NCBI GenBank assembly: GCA_045649545.1
Contig: JAZRQE010000043.1
Span: forward strand, 476 to 64,475
Direction of reading: 5' to 3'
Source: Acutalibacteraceae bacterium
Lineage (GTDB): Bacteria; Bacillota; Clostridia; Oscillospirales; Acutalibacteraceae
Length of the DNA: 64,000 nucleotides
Positions within the stretch are counted from its first letter, which is position 1. Each line of letters opens with the position of its first letter. This document shows positions 35,203 to 45,624 of the stretch, piece after piece. The notes under the pieces were generated by a model. It was not told the DNA's origin and made no database searches. It was given only the letters and a program-made list of their open reading frames with translations. The position numbers and the translations under genes were made by a program.

Positions 35203-37413
35203 ATGAGTCAAATTTCAAAAATGCAGTTTAACAACTACAGAGTTTACGAAACTGTGCTTGCAGGCCGTCCTCTTAAAATTGAGACCGGTATGATGGCACA
35301 ACTCTCCAACGCTTCGGTTATGTGTACCTACGGTGAGACCGCCGTTTTGTGTAACGTTACCGCCTCGGCAAAGCCCCGTGAAGGCGTTGATTTCTTCCCC
35401 TTGTCGGTTGATTATGAGGAGAAGATGTATTCGGTAGGTCGTATTCCCGGTTCTTTCCAGCGTCGTGAGTCAAGACCCTCTGAAAAGGCAATTCTCACAG
35501 GTCGTTGCATCGACCGTCCTATCCGTCCTTTGTTCCCTAAGGATATGAGAAACGATTGCTCGGTTGTTGCTACCGTTATGGCAGTTGACCCCGATTGCAG
35601 TCCTGAAGTAACCGCTATGATTGGTGTTTCCGCTGCTATTGCTATTTCGGACATTCCGTGGGATGGTCCTATCAGCGGTGTTAAGGTTGGTTTGGTTGAC
35701 GGTGAAATCGTTATCAACCCGACTTTAGACCAGCGTGCAAAAAGTGAAATGGAAGTAACCGTTGCTTCTACCGGCGAATTGGTCGCTATGATTGAGGCAG
35801 GCGGTAACGAAATTCCTGACGATTTAATGTTCGATGCCATTATGAAGGCACACGACGTTAACAAGGAAGTTGTTAAGTTTATCAACGGCATTGTTGCCGA
35901 AATCGGTAAGCCGAAGTTCGAGTTCCAGTCTAACGACCCTGACCCCGAGATTATGGCTGAAATTGAAGCTTTCTGTATCGAAGATGTTAAGAAGGCTCTT
36001 GATACCGACGATAAGACCGTTCGCGATGCTGCACTTTTGCCCATTTATGACGCTGTTCACGAAAAGTTCGACGAGCGTTTTGAGGGTAAAGAGGCTAAAT
36101 TGGACGAGATTATGTACCTCGTTCAGAAGCACGTTGTACGTGAGTGGTTAAAGACTGAGCATAAGCGTGTTGACGGTCGCGGTATTGACGATATCCGTCC
36201 TTTGGACGCTAAGGTTGATTTACTTCCCAGAGTTCACGGCTCGGGTATGTTTACTCGCGGTCAGACTCAGGTTTTGTCGGTTACCACTTTGGCACCCGTC
36301 AGCGAGGCACAAAAGCTCGACGGTCTTGATGAAGAAACCGAGAAGAGATATATCCACCACTATAATTTCCCGTCTTATTCTGTCGGTGAAACCAAGCCGT
36401 CTCGTGGCCCCGGACGCCGTGAAATCGGTCACGGTGCTTTGGCTGAACGTGCATTGTTACCGGTTATTCCGTCGGTTGACGAGTTCCCGTATACTATCCG
36501 TGTAGTATCCGAAGTTCTTTCTTCTAACGGTTCTACCTCGCAGGGTTCAATCTGCGGTTCTACTCTTTCACTTATGGCTGCCGGTGTTCCCATTAAGGCA
36601 CCTGTTGCAGGTATTTCCTGCGGTCTTATCACCGGTGATGACGGTGTTAAGGGTGACTTTATGACCATGGTTGATATTCAGGGTCTTGAAGATTTCTACG
36701 GCGATATGGACTTTAAGGTTGCCGGTACTAAAAAGGGTATCACTGCTATTCAGATGGACCTTAAGGTACACGGTCTTACTCCCGAAATCATTAGAGAGGC
36801 TTTCAAGAAGACTCACGATGCAAGAATCAATATTTTAGACGAAATTATGCTTCCCTGTATTGCAGAGCCTCGTGCAGAGCTTTCTAAATATGCACCCAAA
36901 ATGCTCACTATGTCGATTAACCCCGAAAAAATCGGTGATGTTATCGGTAAGCAGGGCAAGGTTATCCAGAAGTTGCAGGAGCTTTATGAGTGCGTAATCA
37001 ACATTGAGGAAGACGGTCGCGTATTCATCTCTACTCTTGATACCGAAAAGGGTCAGGCAGTTATGGGTGTTATTGAGATTATTGCAGAAGGTCCCGAGGT
37101 TGGTGCTTTCTATCAGGGTACCGTAACCAGAATTATGGACTTTGGTGCATTTGTTGAAATCGCTCCCGGTGTTGAGGGTCTTGTACACGTAAGTAAGCTC
37201 GACGTTAAGCGTGTAGAAAAGGTTGAGGATGTTGTTACTGTTGGTGACATCATTAAGGTTAAGGTTACCGAGATTGACGACCGTGACCGTGTAAACCTTT
37301 CTCGCCGTGATGCTTTGGTTGAACTTGACGGTATGACCGTTGAAGAGGGTGCTGATGAGGAACGCCGTCCGAGACGTGACGGTGACCGCCGTGGCTTTAA
37401 AGGCAGAAGATAA
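35203..37413 (+). CDS. pnp: Polyribonucleotide nucleotidyltransferase (PNPase)
   Basis: 736 aa. Two RNase PH domains plus KH and S1 domains, with an Arg-rich tail. Confidence 0.95.
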   Translation: MSQISKMQFNNYRVYETVLAGRPLKIETGMMAQLSNASVMCTYGETAVLCNVTASAKPREGVDFFPLSVDYEEKMYSVGRIPGSFQRRESRPSEKAILTGRCIDRPIRPLFPKDMRNDCSVVATVMAVDPDCSPEVTAMIGVSAAIAISDIPWDGPISGVKVGLVDGEIVINPTLDQRAKSEMEVTVASTGELVAMIEAGGNEIPDDLMFDAIMKAHDVNKEVVKFINGIVAEIGKPKFEFQSNDPDPEIMAEIEAFCIEDVKKALDTDDKTVRDAALLPIYDAVHEKFDERFEGKEAKLDEIMYLVQKHVVREWLKTEHKRVDGRGIDDIRPLDAKVDLLPRVHGSGMFTRGQTQVLSVTTLAPVSEAQKLDGLDEETEKRYIHHYNFPSYSVGETKPSRGPGRREIGHGALAERALLPVIPSVDEFPYTIRVVSEVLSSNGSTSQGSICGSTLSLMAAGVPIKAPVAGISCGLITGDDGVKGDFMTMVDIQGLEDFYGDMDFKVAGTKKGITAIQMDLKVHGLTPEIIREAFKKTHDARINILDEIMLPCIAEPRAELSKYAPKMLTMSINPEKIGDVIGKQGKVIQKLQELYECVINIEEDGRVFISTLDTEKGQAVMGVIEIIAEGPEVGAFYQGTVTRIMDFGAFVEIAPGVEGLVHVSKLDVKRVEKVEDVVTVGDIIKVKVTEIDDRDRVNLSRRDALVELDGMTVEEGADEERRPRRDGDRRGFKGRR

Positions 37414-37431
37414 TTTAATACTAAATTAGCA

Positions 37432-37466
37432 AATCACCTGAGGTATCTCCTCGGGTGATTTTTTGT
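37432..37466 (+). terminator. Intrinsic terminator after pnp
   Basis: AATCACCTGAGG-N5-CCTCGGGTGATT followed by TTTTGTTG. Confidence 0.85.
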
Positions 37467-37570
37467 TGTAAAATATTAGGGATTTCGCTTGCAATAATAC
37501 TTAATTTATAGTATAATTATTTAGAATATGGAGAAGTGTTTCTAAATGCGATTTACAGGAGAAGTTTAAC

Positions 37571-38977
37571 TTGGAAATTACTGCAAATTTAAGCGAAAAA
37601 GAAATCGAGTTACAACGTCAATTTGGCTTTTGCCAACGTGTTCGTGAAATAGTAAATGAGAAATACGGGTATAAACCGTTGGCGTTTGTACATACTTACG
37701 GTTGTCAGCAAAATGTTAGCGACTCTGAGCATTTAAAGGGCTATTTGGAGCTTATGGGTTACGGCTTTACCGACGACCTTAATGAGGCGGATTTGGTGCT
37801 TTACAACACCTGTGCCGTGCGTGAACACGCCGAAACACGTGTGTTCGGCAATGTCGGCATTTTAAAGGCTAATAAGCGTCAAAGACCTAATATGCTCATT
37901 TGTATGTGCGGATGTATGGCACAGCAAAAGGAAGTGTCTGACCGCATTCGCAAAAGTTATCCGTATGTTGATATTTTGTTTGGAACTCATGTGCGTCATA
38001 AATTCCCTGAGTTTGTTTACAGAAAATTGACTTTGGGCAAGCGTGTTTTTGAAAATCCGCAGGATGACAGCGGTATTTATGAGGGTATTCCCGTTCACCG
38101 CGACAAAACCTTTAAAAAATGGCTACCCATTATGCAGGGTTGTAACAATTTTTGCACATACTGTATTGTACCGTATGTCAGAGGGCGTGAATTTTCCCGC
38201 GAGCCTGAAGACGTTTTACGTGAGGCAAAGGAACTTATCGACTCAGGTGCAAAGGAAATAATGCTTTTAGGTCAAAACGTTAATTCTTACGGTAAAAACT
38301 GCAAAAATAAAATGACCTTTGCTGAACTTTTGCGTGAAATCAACGCTTTAGAGGGTGACTTCAGGATAAGGTTTATGACCTCGCACCCGAAGGACTGCTC
38401 GGATGAGTTGTTGGTTGCGATTTCAGAGTGTGAAAAGGTTGAAAGACATCTGCATTTGCCGGTGCAATGCGGTTCGGACAGGATATTGAAAGCAATGAAC
38501 CGTCATTATGATTCTGAAAGTTACTTGAAGTTGATTGACCGAGCACGTGAGCTTATGCCGGAAATTCAGTTTACGAGTGACATTATTGTAGGCTTCCCCG
38601 GTGAAACCGAGGAGGATTTTAAAAAGACGGTTGAACTTATAAAAAAAGTAGAGTATTACTCACTTTTTACCTTTATTTTTTCACCCCGACCCGGTACACC
38701 TGCCGCCAGTATGCCTGACCCCGAATTGAAAGCGGACAAGTCCCGCAGATTTAGTGAGATGTTGGCAGTGCAAGAGGAAATTTCTTTAAAAATCAACAAT
38801 TCACTTATCGGGAAAAAGGTAAGGCTTTTGATTGAGGAGGTTGACGGCGATATATTAATCGGTCGCTCGTCGGAAAACCTGGTTGTAAGAATTGTAGGTT
38901 CGCCTGACAGTTTGGGAACGTTTATAGATGCCGAGATAGTAAGTTTTGACGGCGTACTTCACGGCAAGGAAATATGA
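37571..38977 (+). CDS. miaB: tRNA-i6A37 methylthiotransferase
   Basis: 468 aa. TTG start. N-terminal Cys triad, radical-SAM CNNFCTYC and a TRAM domain. Confidence 0.88.
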   Translation: MEITANLSEKEIELQRQFGFCQRVREIVNEKYGYKPLAFVHTYGCQQNVSDSEHLKGYLELMGYGFTDDLNEADLVLYNTCAVREHAETRVFGNVGILKANKRQRPNMLICMCGCMAQQKEVSDRIRKSYPYVDILFGTHVRHKFPEFVYRKLTLGKRVFENPQDDSGIYEGIPVHRDKTFKKWLPIMQGCNNFCTYCIVPYVRGREFSREPEDVLREAKELIDSGAKEIMLLGQNVNSYGKNCKNKMTFAELLREINALEGDFRIRFMTSHPKDCSDELLVAISECEKVERHLHLPVQCGSDRILKAMNRHYDSESYLKLIDRARELMPEIQFTSDIIVGFPGETEEDFKKTVELIKKVEYYSLFTFIFSPRPGTPAASMPDPELKADKSRRFSEMLAVQEEISLKINNSLIGKKVRLLIEEVDGDILIGRSSENLVVRIVGSPDSLGTFIDAEIVSFDGVLHGKEI

Positions 38978-39001
38978 TTTTTTGAATTAGGAGATTTTAA
39001 A

Positions 39002-39412
39002 ATGGATATTATTGAAGCAGCAAGAAATTTGGGCGTTGCAATGCAGGCCGATGAAAGATACTTGAAGTATATTGAAGCTCGTAAAAAGAATGACGAGGAC
39101 CCCGAACTTCAAAAATTGGTAGGTGAGTTTAATCTTGCCCGCATGACGGTTGATTCGGAATTCCAAAAGGACGAGTCCGAGCGTGATGTTGAGAAAATCA
39201 AGGAATTCAACGTTAAAATCCGCCAACTTTACGGACAGATTATGTGTAACGACACTATGATGGAATTTAACAAAGCAAAGGCAGAATTTGAAGAGGTTAT
39301 GAAGCGTGTTAACGGCATTATCGAACTTTCGATGGATGGCGAAGACCCCTTAACCTGTGAGCCTGCCTCTGGTTGTACCGGAAGTTGTTCGACCTGCAGT
39401 GGTTGTCACTAA
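39002..39412 (+). CDS. ylbF: YlbF/YmcA family protein with Cys-rich C-terminus
   Basis: 136 aa, helical. The N-terminus resembles the YlbF family. Tail is CEPASGCTGSCSTCSGCH. Confidence 0.6.
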   Translation: MDIIEAARNLGVAMQADERYLKYIEARKKNDEDPELQKLVGEFNLARMTVDSEFQKDESERDVEKIKEFNVKIRQLYGQIMCNDTMMEFNKAKAEFEEVMKRVNGIIELSMDGEDPLTCEPASGCTGSCSTCSGCH

Positions 39413-39459
39413 TTATTGATTCTTTCAATTTATCTAATCTTTAGACCGAGGTGAATCTC

Positions 39460-42066
39460 ATGGCTGAACTGTCGCCGATGATGCGTCAGTATCTTGAAAT
39501 TAAAGAGCAAAATAAGGGTAGCCTTCTGTTTTTCAGAGTGGGTGACTTTTATGAGTTGTTTTTTGACGATGCTATACTAGCGTCGCAAGAATTGGACATT
39601 GTCTTAACCGGTAAGGACTGCGGGCAGGAGGAAAGGGCACCTATGTGCGGTGTGCCTTATCACTCTTGCGAAGGTTATATCGGACGTCTTATCGAAAAGG
39701 GCTACCGCGTTGCTATTTGCGAGCAGGTTGAAGACCCTGCGACCGCAAAAGGTCTTGTCAAGCGTGACATTATCCGCGTTGTCACACCTGGTACTGTTTT
39801 AGAGGACAGTATGTTGGACGAAGCACGCAACAATTACCTTGCCGCACTTTGCTTTGATAAAAAAGGCTACGGCTTGTGTTTTGTTGATGTTTCAACCGGT
39901 GACGTCAGCGTGACCGAAATTTCGGGCAGTGATGCCGTTCAAAGAGTGACGGCTGAGTTGGGACGTTTTAGTCCGAGTGAGATTATTACCACTAACGAAT
40001 TAGTTAAAAGAGAAGAAGTTTGTGAATTTATAAAAAATAAACTCAAGTGTTGCTTGACAATGCTTGAAGACGAAAAGTTTGACATTGATGTTGCGGAAAT
40101 TGCAGTTTTACGTCATTTCGGCATTAACTCGGTTGCTGAAAAAGGCTTAACGGCAGGCTCACTTGTCGTTTCGGCTTTAGGTGCAACACTTTCATACCTT
40201 GAAAAAACACAGATGAGCGGTATGGAACGCATTTCTGATGTTAATCTTTATACCGACAACCAGTTTATGAAGATTGATGTCACTGCTATGCGTAACCTTG
40301 AGCTTTGCGAGACTATGCGTAACAAAGAAAAACGAGGCTCGCTGTTATGGGTTTTAGATAAGACCAAAACTGCAATGGGCAAACGTCTTTTGCGTAAAAT
40401 TATCTGTCAGCCGCTTATGGACCGTTTAGCCTTGGAAACCCGTTACAACGGCGTGGACGAGTTAGTTGGAAACACTGTAACCTTGGGTGAAATAAGAGAG
40501 CTTTTAGCGGGAATTCACGATATTGAGCGTCTTATGACCCGAATTGTTTATGGCACTGCCGGCGGACGTGAGCTTCGCTCACTCTGTGCTACAATGCAGA
40601 TGTTACCCGCTATAAAAGGACAGTTGACTACACTTAAAAGCAGGATTTTAAGTGGTATTAATAACGATATCGACACGCTCGAAGAACTGTGCGACCTTAT
40701 TGACCGTGCTATTGTCGACGAGCCTCCGTTCTCGGTTCGTGAGGGCGGAATTATCAAAGAGGGTTACAATTCTGAGGTTGATTTACTTCGTTCTGACCTT
40801 AAAGGCGGAAAGGATATTATTACCGACATTGAGCTTTTTGAACGTGAAAAAACCGGAATTAAAACCTTAAAGGTACGTTACAATAAGGTTTTCGGTTATT
40901 ATATTGAGGTTACCAATTCCTTTAAAGATATGGTACCTGACCATTACATAAGAAAACAAACCCTGACTAACTGTGAACGTTATATCACCGACGAGCTGAA
41001 AAATATTGAGGCTCGCGTTTTGGGTGCAAGGGAACACGGTGCACAGTTAGAGTTTCAAATATTTGACTCGGTGCGTAAAACCGTTGCCGATGCATTACCG
41101 AGGGTACAGAAAACTGCCGATGCGTTAGGTCTTTTAGACGTTTTGTGTTCTTTGGCAGAGGTTGCGGTTAAAAACAACTATTGCCGACCGACGCTTAACA
41201 CCACTGGCGTATTAAACATTGTTGCGGGCAGGCATCCCGTGGTTGAGCAGATTAGTTCAATGCCGTTTGTACCTAACGATACGGTTTTGGATAACGGCAA
41301 CAACCGTTGTGCTATTATTACCGGACCTAATATGGCAGGTAAATCAACCTATATGAGGCAGGTTGCAATTATAACCGTAATGGCACAAATCGGCTCGTTT
41401 GTACCGGCCGAAAGTGCTGAAATTCCCATAACCGACGCAGTGTTTACCCGTGTCGGTGCTTCGGATGACTTGGCTTCGGGTCAGTCAACCTTTATGGTTG
41501 AAATGAGCGAGGTTGCGTATATTTTGAAAAACGCCACATCAAAAAGCCTGCTTATTTTGGATGAAATCGGCAGAGGTACTTCAACCTATGACGGTATGTC
41601 GATTGCGAGAGCCGTTTTGGAGTATGTTTGCGACAAGAAAAAGATAGGCGCAAAAACACTGTTTGCAACGCATTACCATGAGTTGACGGCATTGGAAGGT
41701 CAGCTTGAGGGCGTTAAAAACTACAATGTTGCCGTTAAAAAACGCGGTGACGATATTACATTTTTACGCCGAATTGTGCGTGGCGGTGCCGATGACAGCT
41801 ATGGCGTTGAGGTTGCCAAGCTTTCGGGAATTCCTAATTCGGTAATTGAGAGAGCAAAAGAGGTTTTGAAGACGCTCGAAACCGAGGGTGCTGATACCAC
41901 ACCGAAGTTTGCAACCGACGAAACCGATGCGCAGATTACAATTGAGCTTCACGGTGCAAAGCAGTTATTAGAGGAATTGAAACTTTTAGATGTTAACACG
42001 TTAACACCTATTGAGTGCATGACCGCATTAAACGGCTTTGTTCAAAAGGCTAAAGAAATAAAATAA
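39460..42066 (+). CDS. mutS: DNA mismatch repair protein MutS
   Basis: 868 aa from ATG 39460 (GAGGTG RBS). Walker A GPNMAGKST. STFMVEM motif. Confidence 0.95.
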   Translation: MAELSPMMRQYLEIKEQNKGSLLFFRVGDFYELFFDDAILASQELDIVLTGKDCGQEERAPMCGVPYHSCEGYIGRLIEKGYRVAICEQVEDPATAKGLVKRDIIRVVTPGTVLEDSMLDEARNNYLAALCFDKKGYGLCFVDVSTGDVSVTEISGSDAVQRVTAELGRFSPSEIITTNELVKREEVCEFIKNKLKCCLTMLEDEKFDIDVAEIAVLRHFGINSVAEKGLTAGSLVVSALGATLSYLEKTQMSGMERISDVNLYTDNQFMKIDVTAMRNLELCETMRNKEKRGSLLWVLDKTKTAMGKRLLRKIICQPLMDRLALETRYNGVDELVGNTVTLGEIRELLAGIHDIERLMTRIVYGTAGGRELRSLCATMQMLPAIKGQLTTLKSRILSGINNDIDTLEELCDLIDRAIVDEPPFSVREGGIIKEGYNSEVDLLRSDLKGGKDIITDIELFEREKTGIKTLKVRYNKVFGYYIEVTNSFKDMVPDHYIRKQTLTNCERYITDELKNIEARVLGAREHGAQLEFQIFDSVRKTVADALPRVQKTADALGLLDVLCSLAEVAVKNNYCRPTLNTTGVLNIVAGRHPVVEQISSMPFVPNDTVLDNGNNRCAIITGPNMAGKSTYMRQVAIITVMAQIGSFVPAESAEIPITDAVFTRVGASDDLASGQSTFMVEMSEVAYILKNATSKSLLILDEIGRGTSTYDGMSIARAVLEYVCDKKKIGAKTLFATHYHELTALEGQLEGVKNYNVAVKKRGDDITFLRRIVRGGADDSYGVEVAKLSGIPNSVIERAKEVLKTLETEGADTTPKFATDETDAQITIELHGAKQLLEELKLLDVNTLTPIECMTALNGFVQKAKEIK

Positions 42067-42080
42067 GGTGGGGAAAGAAA

Positions 42081-42599
42081 ATGAATATTGGTAGTAGATA
42101 TAAAGTCTTGGGAAAACGCAGACGTGCAATGCTTGATTTACCTTATACGGAGGTTTTAGACACATTTGAAAATGCGTTGTCTGATGAAAACGGCTCACGT
42201 CTTTCAGGCAGTGTTAACCGTGAAACCGGTGTTTTCAAGCTGGAGTATAAAATTGTGGAAGACAAAAATGATACATATGAAAATTACTGTATGTTGGTTG
42301 ATTTACAACCCACCGAAAGCGGTACAAAGATAGAATACGCCTTTGTTTATGACCGCTTAATCAGTTGGTATACAAGGATTTTGTCAATCATTTGTTTTTT
42401 GGTTCCCCTTATCGCAATGCTGACAATTTTGTTGAAATTTCAGCTTACTGACGTCATTCATTTGGCAATTTATATTCCGTTATTTTTGATTTCTGTTTTC
42501 GGAGTTTTCTCGCTTTTTGGCTATAAGGAGAGTAAATCCAAAGTACAACCCATGGTTAAGGAATTTGAAGAACTTTTGATGTCGGCATTTAACGATTGA
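42081..42599 (+). CDS. Hypothetical membrane protein
   Basis: 172 aa. Soluble N-terminal half plus two C-terminal TM helices. GGTGGGGAAAG RBS. No family recognised. Confidence 0.45.
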   Translation: MNIGSRYKVLGKRRRAMLDLPYTEVLDTFENALSDENGSRLSGSVNRETGVFKLEYKIVEDKNDTYENYCMLVDLQPTESGTKIEYAFVYDRLISWYTRILSIICFLVPLIAMLTILLKFQLTDVIHLAIYIPLFLISVFGVFSLFGYKESKSKVQPMVKEFEELLMSAFND

Positions 42600-42643
42600 T
42601 AGAATAATTTGTTGTAGTTTGATTTTGAAGGGAGGTCGCCTTT

Positions 42644-44665
42644 GTGTCTTTAATAAACGTATTGCCTAAACAGGTTGCTGAATTGATTGCTGCGGGAGAG
42701 GTTGTTGAACGTCCGTCGTCGGTTATCAAAGAATTGGTTGAAAACTCAATAGATGCAGGCTCAACGCTCATAACGGTTGAGATTAAGAATGGCGGCGTCA
42801 CCTTTATGCGTGTTACCGACAACGGTTGTGGTATTGCACGCGAGGATGTCACAGTGGCATTTAAGCGTCATGCAACAAGCAAAGTGTCCACTGCTGACGA
42901 TTTAAACAGTATTGCTACCTTGGGTTTCCGCGGTGAAGCCTTGGCGGCTATTTCTTCGGTCTCCCGTATTGATATGCTTACCAAACGTAAATCGGACGAA
43001 TTTGGTACTGCCTATTCATCCGAGGGTGGCTCTGAAATCAGTGTTCAAGATGCCGGTTGTCCCGACGGCACAACCATAATTGTTCGTGATTTGTTTTTTA
43101 ACACCCCTGCACGAATGAAGTTTTTGAAAAAGGACGTTGCCGAGGGTAACTCGGTAGGTGCTATATTAGACCATATTGCGTTATCACACCCTGAAATTTC
43201 TGTGCGGTTTATCCGAGACGGCAAGCAGGTTTTTGCAACGCCCGGCGATGGGAAATTAATGTCGGCTGTCTATCAGGTATGTGGCAGAGATTTTGCTTCA
43301 ACACTTATTCCGGTTGAGGGTGAATTACAGGGGATAAAGGTTTCGGGTTTCACCTGCAAGCCGACCGCTTGTAGACCGAAACGTAATGCACAGTTTGTCT
43401 TTTTAAACGGCCGTTATGTACGGTCGGGTACGGTTGCCTCGGCTTTGGAGGCGGCTTATAAAAATATGGCAATGGTAGGTCGTTATCCTGCCGCCGTTTT
43501 GCATTTGACAGTGCCTTACGGTGCGGTGGATATCAACGTTCACCCTGCCAAAACAGAGGTTAGATTTTCTGACGAACGCAGGATTTTTGACTGTGTTATG
43601 TTCAGCATTAAAAATGCGTTGGCTAAGGGCGACAGCCGACCTGAAATGAACTTACAAAAAGGTCACGGTCAGATTAGAATGACGGCAGATGAGTACCGTC
43701 AGACCGTTTTGCCGGGAGTGGAAAAGGCAAAAAGTGACCCGCTTAATGCGTACGCTAAAATGCTGTCCGAACAGAGCAAGAAAAGTACACTGCTATCACA
43801 AAATACTGTGGGTGGCGGTTACCGTTATGAAGTGCCGGTAGTAAAGAAGCCCAATGAAGAAACTAAACAGAGTTATTTTCCGTGGCAGGATGCCGAAAAG
43901 AATGACACCGAAAGCAAAAGAACAGCAACTAATATTGAGGATATTGAATTCATTGAAACTAAACCCGTCGAACCTGACGTGAAGTCAGAGGTAGAAACGG
44001 TTAAGAAGGCTGAGCCGATTATTTCTGAACCTACACCCGAAAATGCGGTTGAGGTAAGTGAAGTTAACGTTGAAAAGGAACTCGAAGAGCCTTCACTTGA
44101 AATGGATATTGAGTATATAGGCGAGGCGTTTTCGACCTATATTATTGTCAGAAAAGGTGAGAGCCTTTATCTTATTGACAAGCATGCCGCACACGAGCGG
44201 ATTTTGTTTAATAAACTGAAATTCGAGGCAGAAAACCATCCGCAGATATTACTTTCACCCGAGCAGGTTACCTTGACAAAGGATGAGTACACCGTTGTAA
44301 CAGAAAATCTCGAACTCTTGGAAAAGGCAGGCTTTGAGATTGACGATTACGGCGACGGTACTGTGCTTGTGCGTACAGTTCCCTCTACTTTGGCAGGGGA
44401 AAATGTTTCGTCATTGGTTTCGGAGCTTGCCGCTAATTTAAGCGAAAAAGCCACCGTTGAGGTTGAGCGATTGGAGCGTATTTATGAAACCGTTTCCTGC
44501 CGTTCTGCTGTAAAAGCGGGTAATCTTTCTTCGATGGAAGAGTTAATTGCACTCGCTAAAACGGTTTTAGGCTCTAAAGAAATTATGTACTGTCCGCATG
44601 GACGTCCTGTGGCGATTGAGCTTACAAAACGCGAAATCGAAAAGCAGTTTGGAAGGATACAGTAA
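42644..44665 (+). CDS. mutL: DNA mismatch repair protein MutL
   Basis: 673 aa. GTG start after GGAGG. GHKL ATPase motifs (ELVENSIDAG, DNGCGI) and a C-terminal dimerisation domain. Confidence 0.95.
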   Translation: MSLINVLPKQVAELIAAGEVVERPSSVIKELVENSIDAGSTLITVEIKNGGVTFMRVTDNGCGIAREDVTVAFKRHATSKVSTADDLNSIATLGFRGEALAAISSVSRIDMLTKRKSDEFGTAYSSEGGSEISVQDAGCPDGTTIIVRDLFFNTPARMKFLKKDVAEGNSVGAILDHIALSHPEISVRFIRDGKQVFATPGDGKLMSAVYQVCGRDFASTLIPVEGELQGIKVSGFTCKPTACRPKRNAQFVFLNGRYVRSGTVASALEAAYKNMAMVGRYPAAVLHLTVPYGAVDINVHPAKTEVRFSDERRIFDCVMFSIKNALAKGDSRPEMNLQKGHGQIRMTADEYRQTVLPGVEKAKSDPLNAYAKMLSEQSKKSTLLSQNTVGGGYRYEVPVVKKPNEETKQSYFPWQDAEKNDTESKRTATNIEDIEFIETKPVEPDVKSEVETVKKAEPIISEPTPENAVEVSEVNVEKELEEPSLEMDIEYIGEAFSTYIIVRKGESLYLIDKHAAHERILFNKLKFEAENHPQILLSPEQVTLTKDEYTVVTENLELLEKAGFEIDDYGDGTVLVRTVPSTLAGENVSSLVSELAANLSEKATVEVERLERIYETVSCRSAVKAGNLSSMEELIALAKTVLGSKEIMYCPHGRPVAIELTKREIEKQFGRIQ

Positions 44666-45582
44666 TGGCAGATTTGAAAAAGGTTTTAGCCGTTGTTGGA
44701 CCTACTGCTTCGGGAAAAACCGCTTTGGGAGTGAAATTGGCCCAAGCCTTAAACGGTGAGGTTGTGTCGTGCGATTCGATGCAGGTTTATAAAAATATGC
44801 CGATAGCATCCGCCGCACCCACTGCTGACGAAACTAAAGGCGTACCGCATCATTTAGTCGGTTTTGCCGAGGCTTCGGATAAATTTTCGGTTGCAGAATT
44901 TATAAAACAGGCACAAACAGTTATTGATGATATTATTTCGCGTGGAAAATTGCCCATAATTGTTGGCGGAACGGGTCTTTATATTGATTCGCTCATTTCG
45001 GGGATAAATTTTTTGGATGAGAACTCCGATTCGGTAAGGTTAGAACTTGAAAAGCAAGCTGACGAATTAGGCGTCGAGGCAATGCTGGAACTTTTACGTG
45101 AGATTGACCCCGAAACTGCGGCTAAATATCATATAAATGACCGCAAAAGGATATTAAGGGCCTTGGAAATTTACCGTATTCACGGTAAAACAAAAAGCCA
45201 ACTTGATAAAGAATCAAAACTTTCGGGCGACCGATATGATTGTGTATGGATAGGTATTACCTACCGTAATCGCGAGGTTTTGTATGACCGCATTAACCGA
45301 CGTGTTGATATTATGCTTGAAAACGGGTTGTTGGAGGAAGCAAAAACAGCGTTTTTAAGTGATTGCGGTAAAACCTCGGTGCAGGCAATCGGTCATAAGG
45401 AATTTTTCCGATATTTTAAAGGTGAAATGCCGTTGGAAACTGCGGTAGAAAACCTTAAAACCGAAACAAGGCATTATGCAAAGCGTCAGTTAACTTGGTT
45501 TCGTAAAAATGAAAAAATCAATTGGATTTATGCTGACGAAACAGACGATGTTTTGACAGATGCACTTGAATTTATTAAATGA
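44665..45582 (+). CDS. miaA: tRNA dimethylallyltransferase
   Basis: 305 aa. P-loop GPTASGKT. 1-nt overlap with mutL. Confidence 0.9.
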   Translation: MADLKKVLAVVGPTASGKTALGVKLAQALNGEVVSCDSMQVYKNMPIASAAPTADETKGVPHHLVGFAEASDKFSVAEFIKQAQTVIDDIISRGKLPIIVGGTGLYIDSLISGINFLDENSDSVRLELEKQADELGVEAMLELLREIDPETAAKYHINDRKRILRALEIYRIHGKTKSQLDKESKLSGDRYDCVWIGITYRNREVLYDRINRRVDIMLENGLLEEAKTAFLSDCGKTSVQAIGHKEFFRYFKGEMPLETAVENLKTETRHYAKRQLTWFRKNEKINWIYADETDDVLTDALEFIK

Positions 45583-45624
45583 GATTGTAAATTATAATTA
45601 GAGCGTTGAAATGGAGGCGGTCGA

